Assembly (NCBI RefSeq): GCF_036321535.1
Contig: NC_087437.1
Span: 31,436,001-31,500,000, forward strand
Length of the DNA stretch: 64,000 nt
Source of the DNA: Camelus dromedarius
Lineage: Eukaryota
Direction of reading: 5' to 3'
Below, in pieces: positions 1 to 12,870 of this stretch; within the stretch, counting starts at the first letter, position 1; each line of letters opens with the position of its first letter. Below the pieces are notes generated by a model that worked only from the letters and a program-made list of their open reading frames with translations, was not told the DNA's origin and did no database searches. The position numbers and the translations under genes are program-made.

Positions 1-439
1 TAATTTGCATTTCCTTGAGAAATGCAGCAACAAATAAATAAAACTTAAGTAATAAATATGCTAAAGAAAATTAACAGTTTATGAATTCAAATGTACTGAC
101 TTTTTATTTATTATTTTCTACTGTGTTTTAGATTAGAAAGTTCTTTCCCAATGAGAAATCAGGAGAAAATTCAGCTATATTTTTAGGATTTTAAAAAAGT
201 GATTTGCTCTAAATTATCCACATTTTTAATCCATCTGGGCACATATTTAGTTAATTGTATGATGGTGACAAGTATCTATATTCATCATTTTGTTTTTAAA
301 GGATACTCAGCTTTCTCTGTAAACTTTATTGACTAATTCTTTCATCCCATTTATTTGTGAAGCCTCCTTTATTAAATAATAGGGTCTATTCCTCAACAAT
401 CAAATCTCCATTTGATTGAGCTTGCCATTGAACTTTCTA

Positions 440-1210
440 TCTGTCCATGCATTCCACAGTTGCTTATTAAGCACTTACTATATTCCAGGCACTGTTGTAG
501 GTTCTGGGAATACAACAGTGAACTAAAAAGTAAAGCCCCCTGATGTCTTGGTGCTTACATTCTAGTTCAGGGGAGATAGATAATAATTAAATAAATGAAT
601 AACTGTATAATATTTTGGCTGGTAATACATGCTAAGAAGGAAAGTAAAGCAGGGTAAAGGGCATCCAATGACAAGCAAGTGCCAGTTTGGCCAGATCAGC
701 CTCTCTGAGAGAGATGTTTGCAACCAGAATGTACTAAGGCTGTTGAGGGAGGGTATAGCTCAAGTGGTAGAGCGCATGCTTAGCATGCACAAGGTCCTGG
801 GTTCAATCCCCAGCACCTCCTCCAAATATAAATAAATAAATAAACCTAATTAGCTCCCCCTCATTAAAAACAAACAAACAAACAAAAATAGAATGTACTA
901 AGGTTATGAAACAAGGATATATCTAGAGGAGGAGCATTCCAGGCTGAGTCGCCCCAAAATGCAAAGACTTTGTGTTGGGAATGAGGTCAATGTGCTGGGG
1001 AAATACCAAGGAGACCATTGTGGATGAAACCAAGTGGTGGAGATGGAATGTGTAGAGGAGGTGAGGAGGGCACTTAGAGGCACAAATCATGTAGATCCTT
1101 GTAGACAATTTGTATTCTAAATCAGATCAAAGCTATTGGAAGATTTTGAGCAGAGGGATGATGTGAGTGAGTAACATTTAAAAAATAACACTCTGGCTAC
1201 TTTGTGGGTA
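440..1210 (-). mobile_element. L2 fragment interrupted by the SINE at 746-889
   Basis: Typical L2 3' end in reverse (ttattaagcacttactatattccaggcactg...). L2-like sequence resumes after the SINE TSD. Confidence 0.6.
746..889 (+). mobile_element. tRNA-Ala(AGC)-derived SINE (Vic-1-like), full length, inserted into an L2
   Basis: tRNA-like head ~749-820 with A box TAGCTCAAGTGG, AGC loop at 782-784 and B box GGTTCAATCC, followed by an A-rich tail. TSD agaatgtactaagg at 726-739 and 890-903. Confidence 0.88.
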
Positions 1211-3179
1211 ATAGTTTAATACATTTAATTTAAATAAAAATAAATCTAGTGAAAGAAAAAATAAGTAAATAATAGCAGAGTCATACCTGAATATAGCAAA
1301 AAAAAAAAATTGATAAAGGTCATATTTTAATGCCCAAAGTGTGGGAAACGCTGGCTTAGCTGGTTATTGCTAGTATCCAGGCAACAATTCCTACAAGATT
1401 CTCTAATGACAGCCATTTTCCTGAACTTCTTTGATAATTCTAAGAGTTCTCCCATTGACTCTTCAACAGGGATTTCTCTGCTCCCTGGTATTCAAGCCTA
1501 GTTACAGGGCTTCATAGTTTTCAAAGTTATTGTACATCTATGATTACGACAGAGCTTGGAGGAACTCACCTCTGAAAGGTGAGGTCTGAAATCCTGAAGC
1601 AAACCAGAGCTATCCCAGCCTCCATCAGTGATCCAACCATGTGCCAAGACCAGGGTACCAGAGAAAGGACAAATAATCACAGATAAATTGTCTCGAAGGC
1701 ACACCCAGGCACAATCTCCTCCACCCCAGCACCTGTTTTTCTGGATTGGCATTATCAATGAGCAGACCAGAGAGCTGTGGTGTGATTCCAGATGTGCTAA
1801 GAGAATCTCCATGAACAGGTTATAGTTCTTCTGGTCCAAAAGCACAGAGTTTGGAAGATGCTTTGCGACCCAGCTGAATAAACTGGGCAAAACTACCTAT
1901 TTATTTATTTATTTTTTTTAAGCAAGTATACACATGTGGTGAAAAAAAATAAATGAAACAGTATGAGGGTAAAGTTTAAAAGTTTAAAACAGGGATGTAT
2001 GTATACATGACTGTAAATGGGTTAGTACGTGCATAGACTGTTTGTTTCTGGAAAGATGCACAAGAAATTATTCCCAATGCTTGCCGCTGCAGAGGAGAAC
2101 TGCAGGGGGTCTGAAGTGAGGAAAATTAGAACAACTTACTTTTCACAGACCCTTGTACTTTCTGGATTTTTATTGGATTTTAAAAATTATGTGTATATAT
2201 TAATTTTTCAATTAAAGCAAATTAATTAAAAACAATACATATATTTCTGTCACTCATGTGAGGGATCCCGGAAGCTGACACTGCAAAGGCATTCAGCCAG
2301 GCACCGCAATTCTAGCCAGAGTGAAAGACAGCCTACCTTTCCCAGGAGCTCCCTCCTGGAAACAGAACGCTAGCCCCACCTGAGGCAGGATGGGGAGGTT
2401 CAGCTTGCATCCCAGCTGAGTGACCCACTGTGAGACAGACGGCAAATCACCTAACTACTCTGAGCCTTACTCTCTTCATTTGTGAGATGGGGGGTGGGAA
2501 ATAATACCTGCTGGCCATTTTTTAGTGATAGAGCTTTTGTGTGTGCAAAGGAATGTTCCCAATTACTTGGATTTTCGTTAGTATCCATTATGTTACAGGT
2601 TTTCATTTTTAAATCTGCTGTTTTTTAGGCCACTGAGCACAATTCACAGATATATTTTTATATTGTATTTTTTATGCTGTTAGATCTTTTTATAAATCAG
2701 ATGGAACTCATTTTTTAAATAATGTTCAGTTCATTAAATTTAATAAAGGAGAATTTCTTAATGGTCAGTACCTCCTACATAATTAATCAGATTGCTTTTG
2801 ACATTTCAAGCCACAAATATGAGGTTACTATATTTTATTCCCTCAAACACCTCATACATTTAACGGTATAGACATAAATCCCACAGACAAAATCTTCCTG
2901 AAGGTTTAAACAGTTCTTTAGCTAGTAGATCAGACTGATGAATTTAATCATCATATTCTCCTACACATAGTAAATATCTTTTAAAAATCACATATATAAA
3001 ACAGCCCAAGGATTTAAAAAAAAAAAACTTACTACTAAACAATTTACACAAAGATATTAGTAGCTCAAAGACCAAAAAAATTTTAAATGCTTTTCTGGGG
3101 TTTTACTCACTGCCATCCTAGGCCAGCTGAGATTAATCAACTGAAATTGAATCAGATTTTGAACCCATTTCCTGGGCTG

Positions 3180-3405
3180 GTTTTTTTTTTTTTATTGATT
3201 TATAATCATTTTACAATGTTGTGTCAAATTCCAGTGTAGAGCACAATTTTTCAGTCATACATGAACATATATATATTCATTGTCACATTTTCTCCTCTGT
3301 GAGCTCCCATAAGATCTTGTGTATATTTCCCTGTGCTATACAGTATAATCTTGTTTATCTATTCTAGAATTTTGAAATCCCAGTCTATCTCTTCCCACCC
3401 CCCCA
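3180..3405 (-). mobile_element. Young 5'-truncated L1 (3'UTR plus poly-A)
   Basis: Poly-T followed by L1 3'UTR-like sequence. Perfect 15-bp TSD ccatttcctgggctg at 3165-3179 and 3406-3420. Confidence 0.85.
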
Positions 3406-3639
3406 CCATTTCCTGGGCTGTTATTGCACCCCACTTTGTTTCACAATTTTAGATGTCTGTTGACTCCCATCCTATGGCATTTTATTGACTATATGAAAAT
3501 TATGTATAATAATTTATATAAACAGACATTCTTACCTAATATTCAGAACACCAGAAATAGTTATTCATCACAGTTAAGGGTTAGAAAGGAACAGGAAGAA
3601 GATTTCAAATAGACTCCCAATATTATCCTCCCCTTCCTT

Positions 3640-4020
3640 ATAACAAAACCTAATTTTTCTCTGGGTACCATGCACCCAGCTGGTCGATTACCTTTCCCAG
3701 CTTCCCTTGCAACTGGGTGTGGCATGTGACTAAGTTCTGGCCAATCAGATGTAAGCAGGAAAAAGGTGCAATATTGAAAGTATAGAAAGTTTCCCTTCCA
3801 TCTATCTGCTGCTTCAAATGAGGAGCTCCAGCAGCTATCAAGCACCACAGCCAAGACACAGAAAGCTGGAAGGAGTTCTAGTCCCTGATGACACTGAGCA
3901 CCATGCTCCTCCTGGACTGACTTCCTATAGTTTTCTTTTAAATGAAAAGAAAATAAGGTTCTATCTTGTTTACTCTGTTCTTTTTCAAGACTCTGTTACT
4001 CATAGCCAGACTTAATCCTT
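3640..4020 (+). mobile_element. MaLR (MLT1-type) solo LTR
   Basis: Characteristic ttcccagcttcccttgca...catgtgactaagttctggccaat motif. Confidence 0.6.
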
Positions 4021-4248
4021 ATTGTCCCACCTTCCCTGCATTATGAGCTAGAAAACCAAGAATGTTGCATAGATTAGATACATGGACGTCTTTATGAAAT
4101 ACGTATTTCTAGTTGTTGCCACATTAGGGTTGTAGGTTTTTAAATTATTCTTTTATAATATTTTACACAGAAGCTAATTCTTCTCTCATTAGATTAAATT
4201 GATAACTTAAGAGATATTTAAAATGTTTCCAGGTTGCAGTGATGGCTG

Positions 4249-4750
4249 ATGATTGGATAAAGAAGTTGTGGTATATACACAATGGAATACTACTCAGCCA
4301 TAAAAAGAATGAAATAATGCCATTTGCAGCAACATGGATGGGCCTGGAGATCATCATACTAAGTGAAATAAGTAAGACAAGGACAAATAGTATATGATAA
4401 CACTTATATGTCAGATCTAAAAAAAGGACACAAATGAACTTATTTACAAAACAGAAACAGACTCACAGACATAGAGGACAAACTTATGGTTACCAAAGAA
4501 GCGAGTGGAGGGATAAGTTAGGAGTTTGGGAGTAGCAGATACAAACTACTATATATAAAATAGATAAATAACAAGGTCCTACTATAGAGCACAGGAAACT
4601 AAATTCAATGCTTGTAATAACCTATAATGAAAAAGAATCTGAAAAATAATATATATATGTGTATAACTGAACCACTATGCTGTACACCAGAAATTAACAC
4701 AACATTGTAAATCCACTATACTTCATTTAAAAAGAAAAAGAAGAAAATAA
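4249..4750 (+). mobile_element. L1 3' end (ORF2 C-terminus, 3'UTR and A-tail)
   Basis: tggataaagaagttgtggtatatacacaatggaatactactcagccataaaaagaatgaaataatgccatttgcagcaacatggatg is the conserved L1 ORF2 terminus; the element ends in an A-rich tail. Confidence 0.88.
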
Positions 4751-7700
4751 ATAACCTGAATCAATGCTGCCCTATGCCAAAGTCTGTGTAAGATGGGGGC
4801 CCCTTCGGGGTGCATGAGGCAAGCCCTGGGCCCTCCGCCGAGTTAACTAGAGTCTTGGGGGTACTAGCCAGTCCCTCCTCACCTACCGGCCCTCCTCGCC
4901 TTTGGCTCAACCTCCCCCACACCTCACTCTGCCAGATTGGCTCTCCTTATCCATTGTTCCCAAAGAAGCTTGGCAGAAATATAACAAGAAGTTGGAGCTT
5001 TTCTTTCATTTAGCACTTCAAATATTTGAAATTGTATGAGATGACTTAATTCCAGGAAACTTCAGATATCCTGTGACACTTGTTCAGTGAAGTGTTAAAA
5101 AAAAGACCTACTCCAGGGTCTTACGGAAAGATGTGAGCAAGCCAGCCTGTGGGCGACAAGGACAAGATGTAACTTCAGAAGAGCGTCACTTGCATTCCCT
5201 TGTGGTTTGCACTGTTGGGCTTCCCTGCCTCACTTCTACGTTGTTCTCTTGAGCTCAGCCCTGTGTGCGTGGCTCCAGAAAAACTCTCCCACAAACTTCC
5301 CGTAGCTGCCGGCCCGCTCGCTCCTCCAAGTGCTATTTATGAATGTGTGTGTTTAGTGATAAACTCGTTCAAATCCTTTGAGGGGAATATTTATTAAATG
5401 CTTATTAAATACAAACACTATTCCTTTATTTCTCATCTCTATCCTTCAAGGAAAATTTTGTGATGCCTATTTTAGAGAAGAGAAAACTGAAACTCAGAGG
5501 TTAAGAAACTTGCTCAGGATCTCAAAACAAGTACTTACTGGAGCTGTGCAAGAATCACAAATTCAGGTGGTTTTTTCTAGGGCCTCCCTCAACCATGCCT
5601 GAAAGGAACTGGACTACTAATGTCACTTGGTAGCAGCAAAATGGAAAGATCACAGGCTTTAGAATAAGACATACCTGGGTTTAGTCCCAGTTGGTTACTT
5701 CTGAGCTATATGACCATAGGCAATGTATTTAAACTTGGTTCTCTCAGCTGTAAGCTAGGAATAATAATAGTACCCTTCTAGTGGGACTGTCAAGAGAATA
5801 TAAAAAAGAATTTGGCACGTGCTAAATACTGGATGAATAGTAGCAGTAATGGCTTTTTAAAATTTATTCCTCAAGATGATGCTAACTGAGCACCTAGCAT
5901 ATGCCAGGCCTAGGAGTTTCAATTGCTTTTAAAATGGCATTAAAGAAATAGAAATTCATTCCTTCTACAAATGTTTAACACCTACTCTGTGCCAGGACTG
6001 TTCTAGGGACTGGCGATACTGGAGCTTATATTCTGTCAAGATCATGGAGGAGGAGCAGTAGAGATAATAAACGAGTTAATTATAGTGTGTTAAAAGATGC
6101 TAATTGTCATAGGGAAGAAAAAAGTATGAGAGCGGAGGAACATGTTGCCGTATTACACAGAGAGGTCACAGCCGGCCTCAGTGAGAAGGTAAGATTAGAA
6201 CAAAACTTCGAAGGATGTGAGGTCGTCAGGCTAGCAGACATCTGAAGAAAAAAAGAAATAGGAAGTGGATTTACTATGAAGCTAGTGAAGCTTGAATTTC
6301 AAGATCCCTAGCTCACAGGGGCCCACTTCAAGGACTTGCATTTAATTTTGCATTTGTGATTTCTTAATACAGGTCTACAAATTTGCATGTATTTCAGCAT
6401 TTCCCCCTGCAGAAAAGTATTTCCAGCAGAAGAACCAGTTAGAGCAAAGGTGAATACACCTGAATTGCTCAAGGAACAGCAAGGAGATGCCTGCGGCAGG
6501 AGCAGAATGAATGGAAGAAGTGGGAGGAAGAGGACAGAGCCTTGGAGGCCATGGTAAGGACTGTGGCTTCTGTGGGAAGCCGTTGGGTTGTTTTGTTTGT
6601 TTGTTTGTTTTTATTTTTGTTTTTTTACATTTGGGAAAAACTTTATTGGTCTTGATGAAATATAGCACCAGTTTGAAGAACAAAAGATGGTTAGGATTAA
6701 CCACCTTTTAATCAACAGTATGTGTTTATAGGAAAAGTGCATAAAGTAATAGTTCTGGAAAAAAGGTAAGTACGACAAAATTTTCGTATTATGTAGTTTA
6801 AACATGTTACCTACTTCATTAAATAGACAATAAGCAATCTATCTATTTAAGTAATATCAGATTTGCTACTGTCAGTCTGATTAACAAATCAACAAATAGA
6901 AAATCAATTAAGGGACAGAAACACTATTCAAACTTATAAAACAAGTTAGAACATTATAATTTTTACGTCAAAAATATTTCTGATAATTGTTTTATGATTG
7001 TACTCATGAAATTTTCCAAATCGTGATTGAGAAGATTACTTCCGAATGCTAACATTTATCCTGAGGAAGAAAGAAGCACCTAAGCAGTGTGTAGACTCTA
7101 TGTGACCTCTGTGGAAAAGGCCCAGTTTCCCTCCAGCAATTTAAAAACACGAATGTCACTCAGGTGACTCAGGAACCAGAAACAAGACAACGTGACCACA
7201 CGTGTGCTCTGTAAAGTCAGCCAGAGGGTTTCTTCATAACTGCAGCTAGCACTTTCTCAGTCTTTAGAGAGTAGGATTTTGAGTAAACTTCCTTGTTTTA
7301 AAAGTCTGAACAGATAAATTGCAATGCTGAAATACAGTTTTTAATGCAATCTTCTATAAGAAGTCATTCAAATATAAAAGCCAAACAATCTAACATCCGA
7401 TCTAAGTTCCTCTGAGATATACATTGTTCATCAGTTTCTTTCTTCTCCAATCATCTGAAATATCAGTCACTACGCCGGTGGTCTTCACAGTAAAACAGAT
7501 GCTGTCTTATTTAAACTAGATTGACTCTCTGTAATAACTTTTTCAGGAGTGCCATTTTTAAACATAATTTCACCCAGTGTGTGCCTCAGTCTGATTTGAG
7601 GGCACCACTGGGGGTTTTGAGCAGAATTGTGACGTGATCTGACTTACACTTCAAAGCATTGTTTTGCCTGGTATATTGAGCAGAAATGAGGGGATGATTG

Positions 7701-8501
7701 GCAGTAATCCAGGGGGGAAAGATAATGGTGATTTGGACCAGTATGGTGGTAATGACAGTGGAGAAGTGGCTGGATTCTGAGTATATTTTGAAGGTCAAGT
7801 CAACAGGATTTCCTGGTGTATCAGCATTGAATTATGAAGAGGAGAGGAGTATTTAAAGTAGTGAGACAGCATGAGATCAACAAACTGGACCTACAGGAGT
7901 TTTGAGGCAGGAGGCATACCGACTTTTTCAACAAAAAAGTTTGGAAATACTGGCCTTACATTTGATTGAAGTAATTCTTTCAGAATAAGGCTGAGATTTA
8001 ATTTCTTCAACATTCCCTTATAATTTAATTGCACTGATTGTTTAATTAAATTAAATAAAACTAAGGTGTGTGTGAGGCTTAATCTTTCCTCTCCCACTCT
8101 ATGAAATTCAACTAAGAAGATGTGGTATATTAGGTCAAAGAAAAAGGCATCAGAATTAGAGTTTCCAGTTAATGGTTCTAGTCCAAGTTCTATGGATAAT
8201 GGGACCATGGACAAGTCACTTAAACCCTGGTCACTGATCTCTGTATCAGTGAGATGAGAGGATTGGAACAAATATCCCTTCCAACTTTATATTATTCTTT
8301 TTGAGATGAGATTATAATTGATTAGATCTCTTGTTTTGTTTGTTTTGTTCTTGATATAGTATAAAGAAGATGATTTTGAGCAGAAGCAACTTGATGCTTG
8401 CCTTATTTTTCTCCCTCACACCCTTCTTGGTCTGCAAAAGGACATAGCCTGAACCAAATGCTTCCATCAAAACTGAGTTAGAACATGATCCCTTCTCTCT
8501 T

Positions 8502-8641
8502 TGCAGGATTCCTCTGGGAACATACTCTGCAGTTGCTGCTGAGGAAGTTTCTGCAGGATTCCTCTGGGAACATACTCTGCAGTTGCTGCTGAGGAAGTTT
8601 CTGCAGGATTCCTCTGGGAACATACTCTGCAGTTGCTGCTG
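8502..8641. repeat. Perfect 50-bp tandem repeat, 2.8 copies
   Basis: Unit tgcaggattcctctgggaacatactctgcagttgctgctgaggaagtttc starts at 8502, 8552 and 8602. Confidence 0.97.
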
Positions 8642-9054
8642 GCCTGACAGCCTGGAGATCTGTAGGTATTTCATCAGATTTTCCCAGTAAGGAGAGAACA
8701 GGGCTGAAGCAATAAGCAGCAGCTCTTTCATGTGTTGGATCATGAAGCCCCTTGAGAATCAGATGTAACAGCTGTTTATCAGGTCAACAGGAAAATATTA
8801 TTGCCACTAAATATTAGAAATGGAACCTTCATCTTTTAATAAATGAAGAGGCTAAAGACAGGTTAAGAGACTTGCCCTAGGTCTTGCTGTTGGTGAGCAG
8901 TGACTGCAGACCTAGAATTTAGGTCTTGACTCTTGACCAATGTTCTTTCCATTATATGATGATGCCTTGGCAAATTTCATTATTTCCCCTATTTTCCTAC
9001 AAAGCTAAGTTTCAAAAAAACTTTTTTTTTTTGGCGGGGTGCCACGTTTTGTCC

Positions 9055-9730
9055 TTAACAGCATTACTGGGCTATAATTTACATACTATTATATTCAACC
9101 ATTTAAAGTGTACATTAGTACAGTCACAGAGTTGTGCAACCATCACCACAATCTAATTTTAGAACATTTTTTCACCCCAAAGGAAACCCCATACCTATTG
9201 GCAGTCATTCCCATTCCCCCTACCTCCTGCCCTAGGCAGTCACTAACCTTTCCATCACCATAGATTTGTCTATTCTGAGCATTTCATGTAAGTGGCATTA
9301 TACAGTAAGTAGTTTTGTGACTGGCTTCTTTCACTTATAATAATGTTTTCAAGGTCCATCCATACTGTAGCATGTATCAATACTTCCCTCTTTTTATTGC
9401 CAAATAATATTCCATTGTGTGGGATGTTTTGGTTACCCATTCATCAGTAGATGGACACTTGGATTTTTTCCACTTTTTGACTATTGTGAATAAGCTGTGA
9501 GCACTCCCATACGAGTTGTTGTGTGGACATATGTTTTTATTTCTCTTGGTTTATACCTAGGAGAATTGCTGGGTCATGTAAGTCTATGTTTAACATTTGG
9601 AGGAACTGCCAGACTGTTTTCCAAAATGGTTACATCATTTTACATTCCCACCAGCAATGTATACAGGTTGCAATTTCTCCACATTCAAGCCAACAACTGT
9701 TATTGTCTCTTTTTTATTGTAGCCACTGTA
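9055..9730 (-). mobile_element. Old L1 (L1MB-like) 3' fragment
   Basis: Contains ttgtgcaaccatcaccacaatctaattttagaacatttt and tttacattcccaccagcaatgtat, both typical of L1M 3' regions. Confidence 0.8.
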
Positions 9731-10854
9731 GTAAATGTGAAGTGGCAACATATGTGGTTAGTGGCTACCACATTGAACAGAGAGGAACCAAGCAGTCAGG
9801 GACTAAAATGTAATTAAAAACCAGATCATAAATTCTACCCACATTTTTTCCCAGCCGAAACTTAATGAGCCTTTACTATGTGGCAGTTACTATACTAAGC
9901 ACTGTCTTAGATTATCTCATTTAATTCTCCCCCATACCACCAGCAATAGGTACTGTTACTGGCCCATTTTATAAGTGAGGAAACTGGCTTAGAAAAGGTA
10001 AATTAGCCTACCTTTGTGGCTAGTAAGTGGCAAGTCCAGGATTTAAGTCTAGAGCTATTTATTCCTGAAAAGAAGTCTTTAATCACTACACTGTACTGCT
10101 AAATATTTCACTCAGTAGATTTGCTTTTCCAAAAGGAGTCTAATCAATCATTGCTTTTCAAATTTTTACCCTCACCATGCATTTCTAGCCCCCGGGGATA
10201 TCTGAATATTTGTTCCAAACTTAGGTATCAGAATCACCAACTTCAATATGCTACTTGAGCCTTGGGTGTTTCTAATATTAAACCAAAATGAGAACCACTG
10301 AGTCTGTTGGAATTATGTTCAGCTGCAATTAACAGAAAGTGCCATAAACAAGGTAAAATTCTATTTTTCTTATCCTTTAAGAAGCCCAGAGACAGTGGGT
10401 CAGTCTAGGGCATGTATAACGATCTGTGGTGTTGGGAGCCAGGCTCTGCATATCTTGTTTCTTTGCTTTGTGTGATTTCCATTTTCCCAAAGTCATCTTA
10501 TTGTCCAGTTGGCTATTGGAGCTTCATCTATTATGTTTGCGTTCCAAATGGCAAGGAGGTAGAAGGGGAGAGGAATACGTACATTCCCTTTAAGGACTGT
10601 TTAGGAATATGCACACGCCACTTCCACTTAATCCCGTGTAAAGCCAGGACTGCGGTGTAAAGCCACGCCCTGTGTGCAAGGGAGGCTGAGAAAAGCAGCC
10701 TTTATTTTGAGTGGCCATGTAGTCAAAGACCTATTAGAGGTTCTCTTCTGATGGAGGAATTAAGAGCAGTAAATATTTGGGACAGTTAATTTCTGTCACA
10801 CCCAGCAAGGAGTGTGAAAATTAAGGTAAAATTTACCTAATTCCTACTTCTACC

Positions 10855-11095
10855 TTTTTTTTTTAATTGAAGTATAATTGATTTACAATGTTAGTTTCAG
10901 ATGTACAGCAAAGTGATTCAGTTATACATATACATACATTTTTTTCAGATTCTTTTCCGTTATATATTATTACAGGAAATTGAATATAGTTCCCTGTGCT
11001 ATACAGTAAGTCCTTGTTGTTTATCTATTTTATAAACAGTAATATGTATCTGTTAATCCCAAAGTCCTAATTTGTCTCTCTCCCCGTCCCTTACC
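10855..11095 (-). mobile_element. L1 3'UTR fragment
   Basis: Poly-T then aattgaagtataattgatttacaatg...gttccctgtgctatacag, the reverse of the 3'UTR seen at 4249-4750. Confidence 0.8.
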
Positions 11096-11129
11096 TTTAC
11101 TTTTGACATGAGACCTAAGAGAAATTCTT

Positions 11130-11234
11130 AAAAAAAAAAAAGTTTTATGTGTTTATTTAAATGGATTGAAGCCAGGACCTCGTGCATGCTAAGCCTGTGC
11201 TCCATCACTGGGCTATACTCACCCCCTACCCCAA
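11130..11234 (-). mobile_element. Second, more diverged tRNA-Ala-derived SINE copy with a 3' arm deletion
   Basis: Reverse complement reads gagtatagcccagtgatggagcacaggcttagcatgcacgaggtcctggcttcaatcc then an AT-rich tail. TSD agaaattctt at 11120-11129 and 11235-11244. Confidence 0.8.
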
Positions 11235-11698
11235 AGAAATTCTTTCTATAAGAGATTTTAGATCCTATAATGAAGGTAGCTAAAGCAGTGGTTCTCAAAC
11301 TTTGCTGCACATTGAAATCACCTGGGGATCTTAAAAACTACTGATGCCTGCCTTCCGCACCCACAGCTTCCCTTGATGATTCTACTGTGTAGCAAAGTTT
11401 GGGAATAGAACTCCCAAATCTTTGATCTTTAACCTAAGATCCATTTACTCCATCAATGGCCTCCTATTTTTTCCTCTGAATTGAAACTCCAGCAGTTAGA
11501 CTGATGCATATTACTGATAATAAGGTTAGATATGATCAGGGTATATTCATTACCAACCCTGCGAAAGACACTTCAGAGGGCATGTCCTCCTGGCAGTAGC
11601 CAGTGACATTTTCATATACAGAGGGAAACACATTTTAATTGTAGCTACATTTAAACTCATGTATTATTTCTGTATGGCATGAAAATAGCTATTCTGGT

Positions 11699-11720
11699 TG
11701 TGTGTGTGTGTGTGTGTGTG
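11699..11720. repeat. (TG)11 microsatellite
   Basis: Read directly from the sequence. Confidence 0.95.
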
Positions 11721-12444
11721 TTGGAGTGTAGCAGGGCTCAGACGTGATGGTGTATCATCACAGAACATTTACATTTCAAACACAAGAACTCATTCAAATC
11801 AAATTTGGATGCCCCTGTCTGGCAGTGTGCTTGTCATCTAGAAGCTCAAAATAGTGTTTCAGAGATCCAAACAGTTCGAGCCAGTGGCATCTCAAACTAT
11901 TACTAGCTGTCAGAGAGTTTATCCATGTAAGCAGATAGGTGGGCAAAGGTTATGTTTCTTTGAATTTTTAATGCGGAGGTCTGTCTTTCAAGTTGAGATG
12001 TGAAATGAGGAGAAGAGGAATAAAATGGAAACTTCTCAAAGAAGAAATCTAGACAGGTCATTTCATCCACCTCTTCACCTTCAGAAAGAATGACACTAAA
12101 ACATTCCAAACAAATGAGAATCTATACTATTTTTACAGCTCTTAAATGACAGGATTGCACAACCCCAGTCTCACTGCACCACATTTCATTGTAATAATTT
12201 GCAGCTAGGAAATTTTTCTTTGCATCAAACCCAAGTGGTCTGACTAGGTTAATCCTATTTCCTCCTTGCTGGTCTTCAGTTCAGATGGGCAACAGCATCC
12301 TTTGTGAAATTTTCTCACACAGTTGGAAGCTGTAATTAAATAAATCTTCAGGTTTCTCTTTTCCAATCCAAATAACCTCCCTCCACACCTACCTATTATA
12401 TTGTTTTCAAGTGCAGTCATCTTCATGGCAATCTTCTCTTAAAC

Positions 12445-12633
12445 ATGGAGTTCACAAACTTGTCTACACATTGGAATCACCTGGAGAGCTTCAAAACTAC
12501 TGATGCCTGTGTCCTACCTACCCCCAACCCTGCCCCTAGAGATTAGGAATTAGTTGTCTGAGGTATGTCTGAACTTTGGAATTTTTTAGATTCCCAAGTG
12601 TCTCAAAATTGCAGACAAGTCTGGGAACCACTG
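12445..12633. mobile_element. MER5-like hAT-Charlie non-autonomous element
   Basis: caaacttgtctacacattggaatcacctggagagctt ... gggaaccactg terminus. Related copies at ~11285-11410, ~13518-13685 and ~14405-14525. Confidence 0.6.
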
Positions 12634-12870
12634 TCTGAACTTACTACAGGCCTATGACCATCCCCTCTTTCATCCTTTCTAATAGAACCTCAATAACAGT
12701 CTCAGATAAGAGATCATTATTGACCCAAAATAGTGGCATCCATCCCTGGCTACCATTATAATCATCTGTAAAGCTTTGACATTAGGAATGCCTGGACCCC
12801 ATCAACAAATTAAATCAGAATGTCTAGGGGTGGGACTAGGGAACCTATACCTTTAAAAATGCTCTCCAGG

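Noticed and set aside
749..820. Functional tRNA-Ala(AGC) gene
   Set aside because: Has an A-rich tail and TSD, sits inside an L2, has imperfect stems and no adjacent T-run terminator, so it is a SINE.
8502..8641. CRISPR-like array
   Set aside because: Head-to-tail identical units with no unique spacers, in mammalian DNA with no cas genes.
8312..8743. 143-aa minus-strand ORF
   Set aside because: Its length comes partly from the 50-bp tandem repeat, and it has no recognisable homology.
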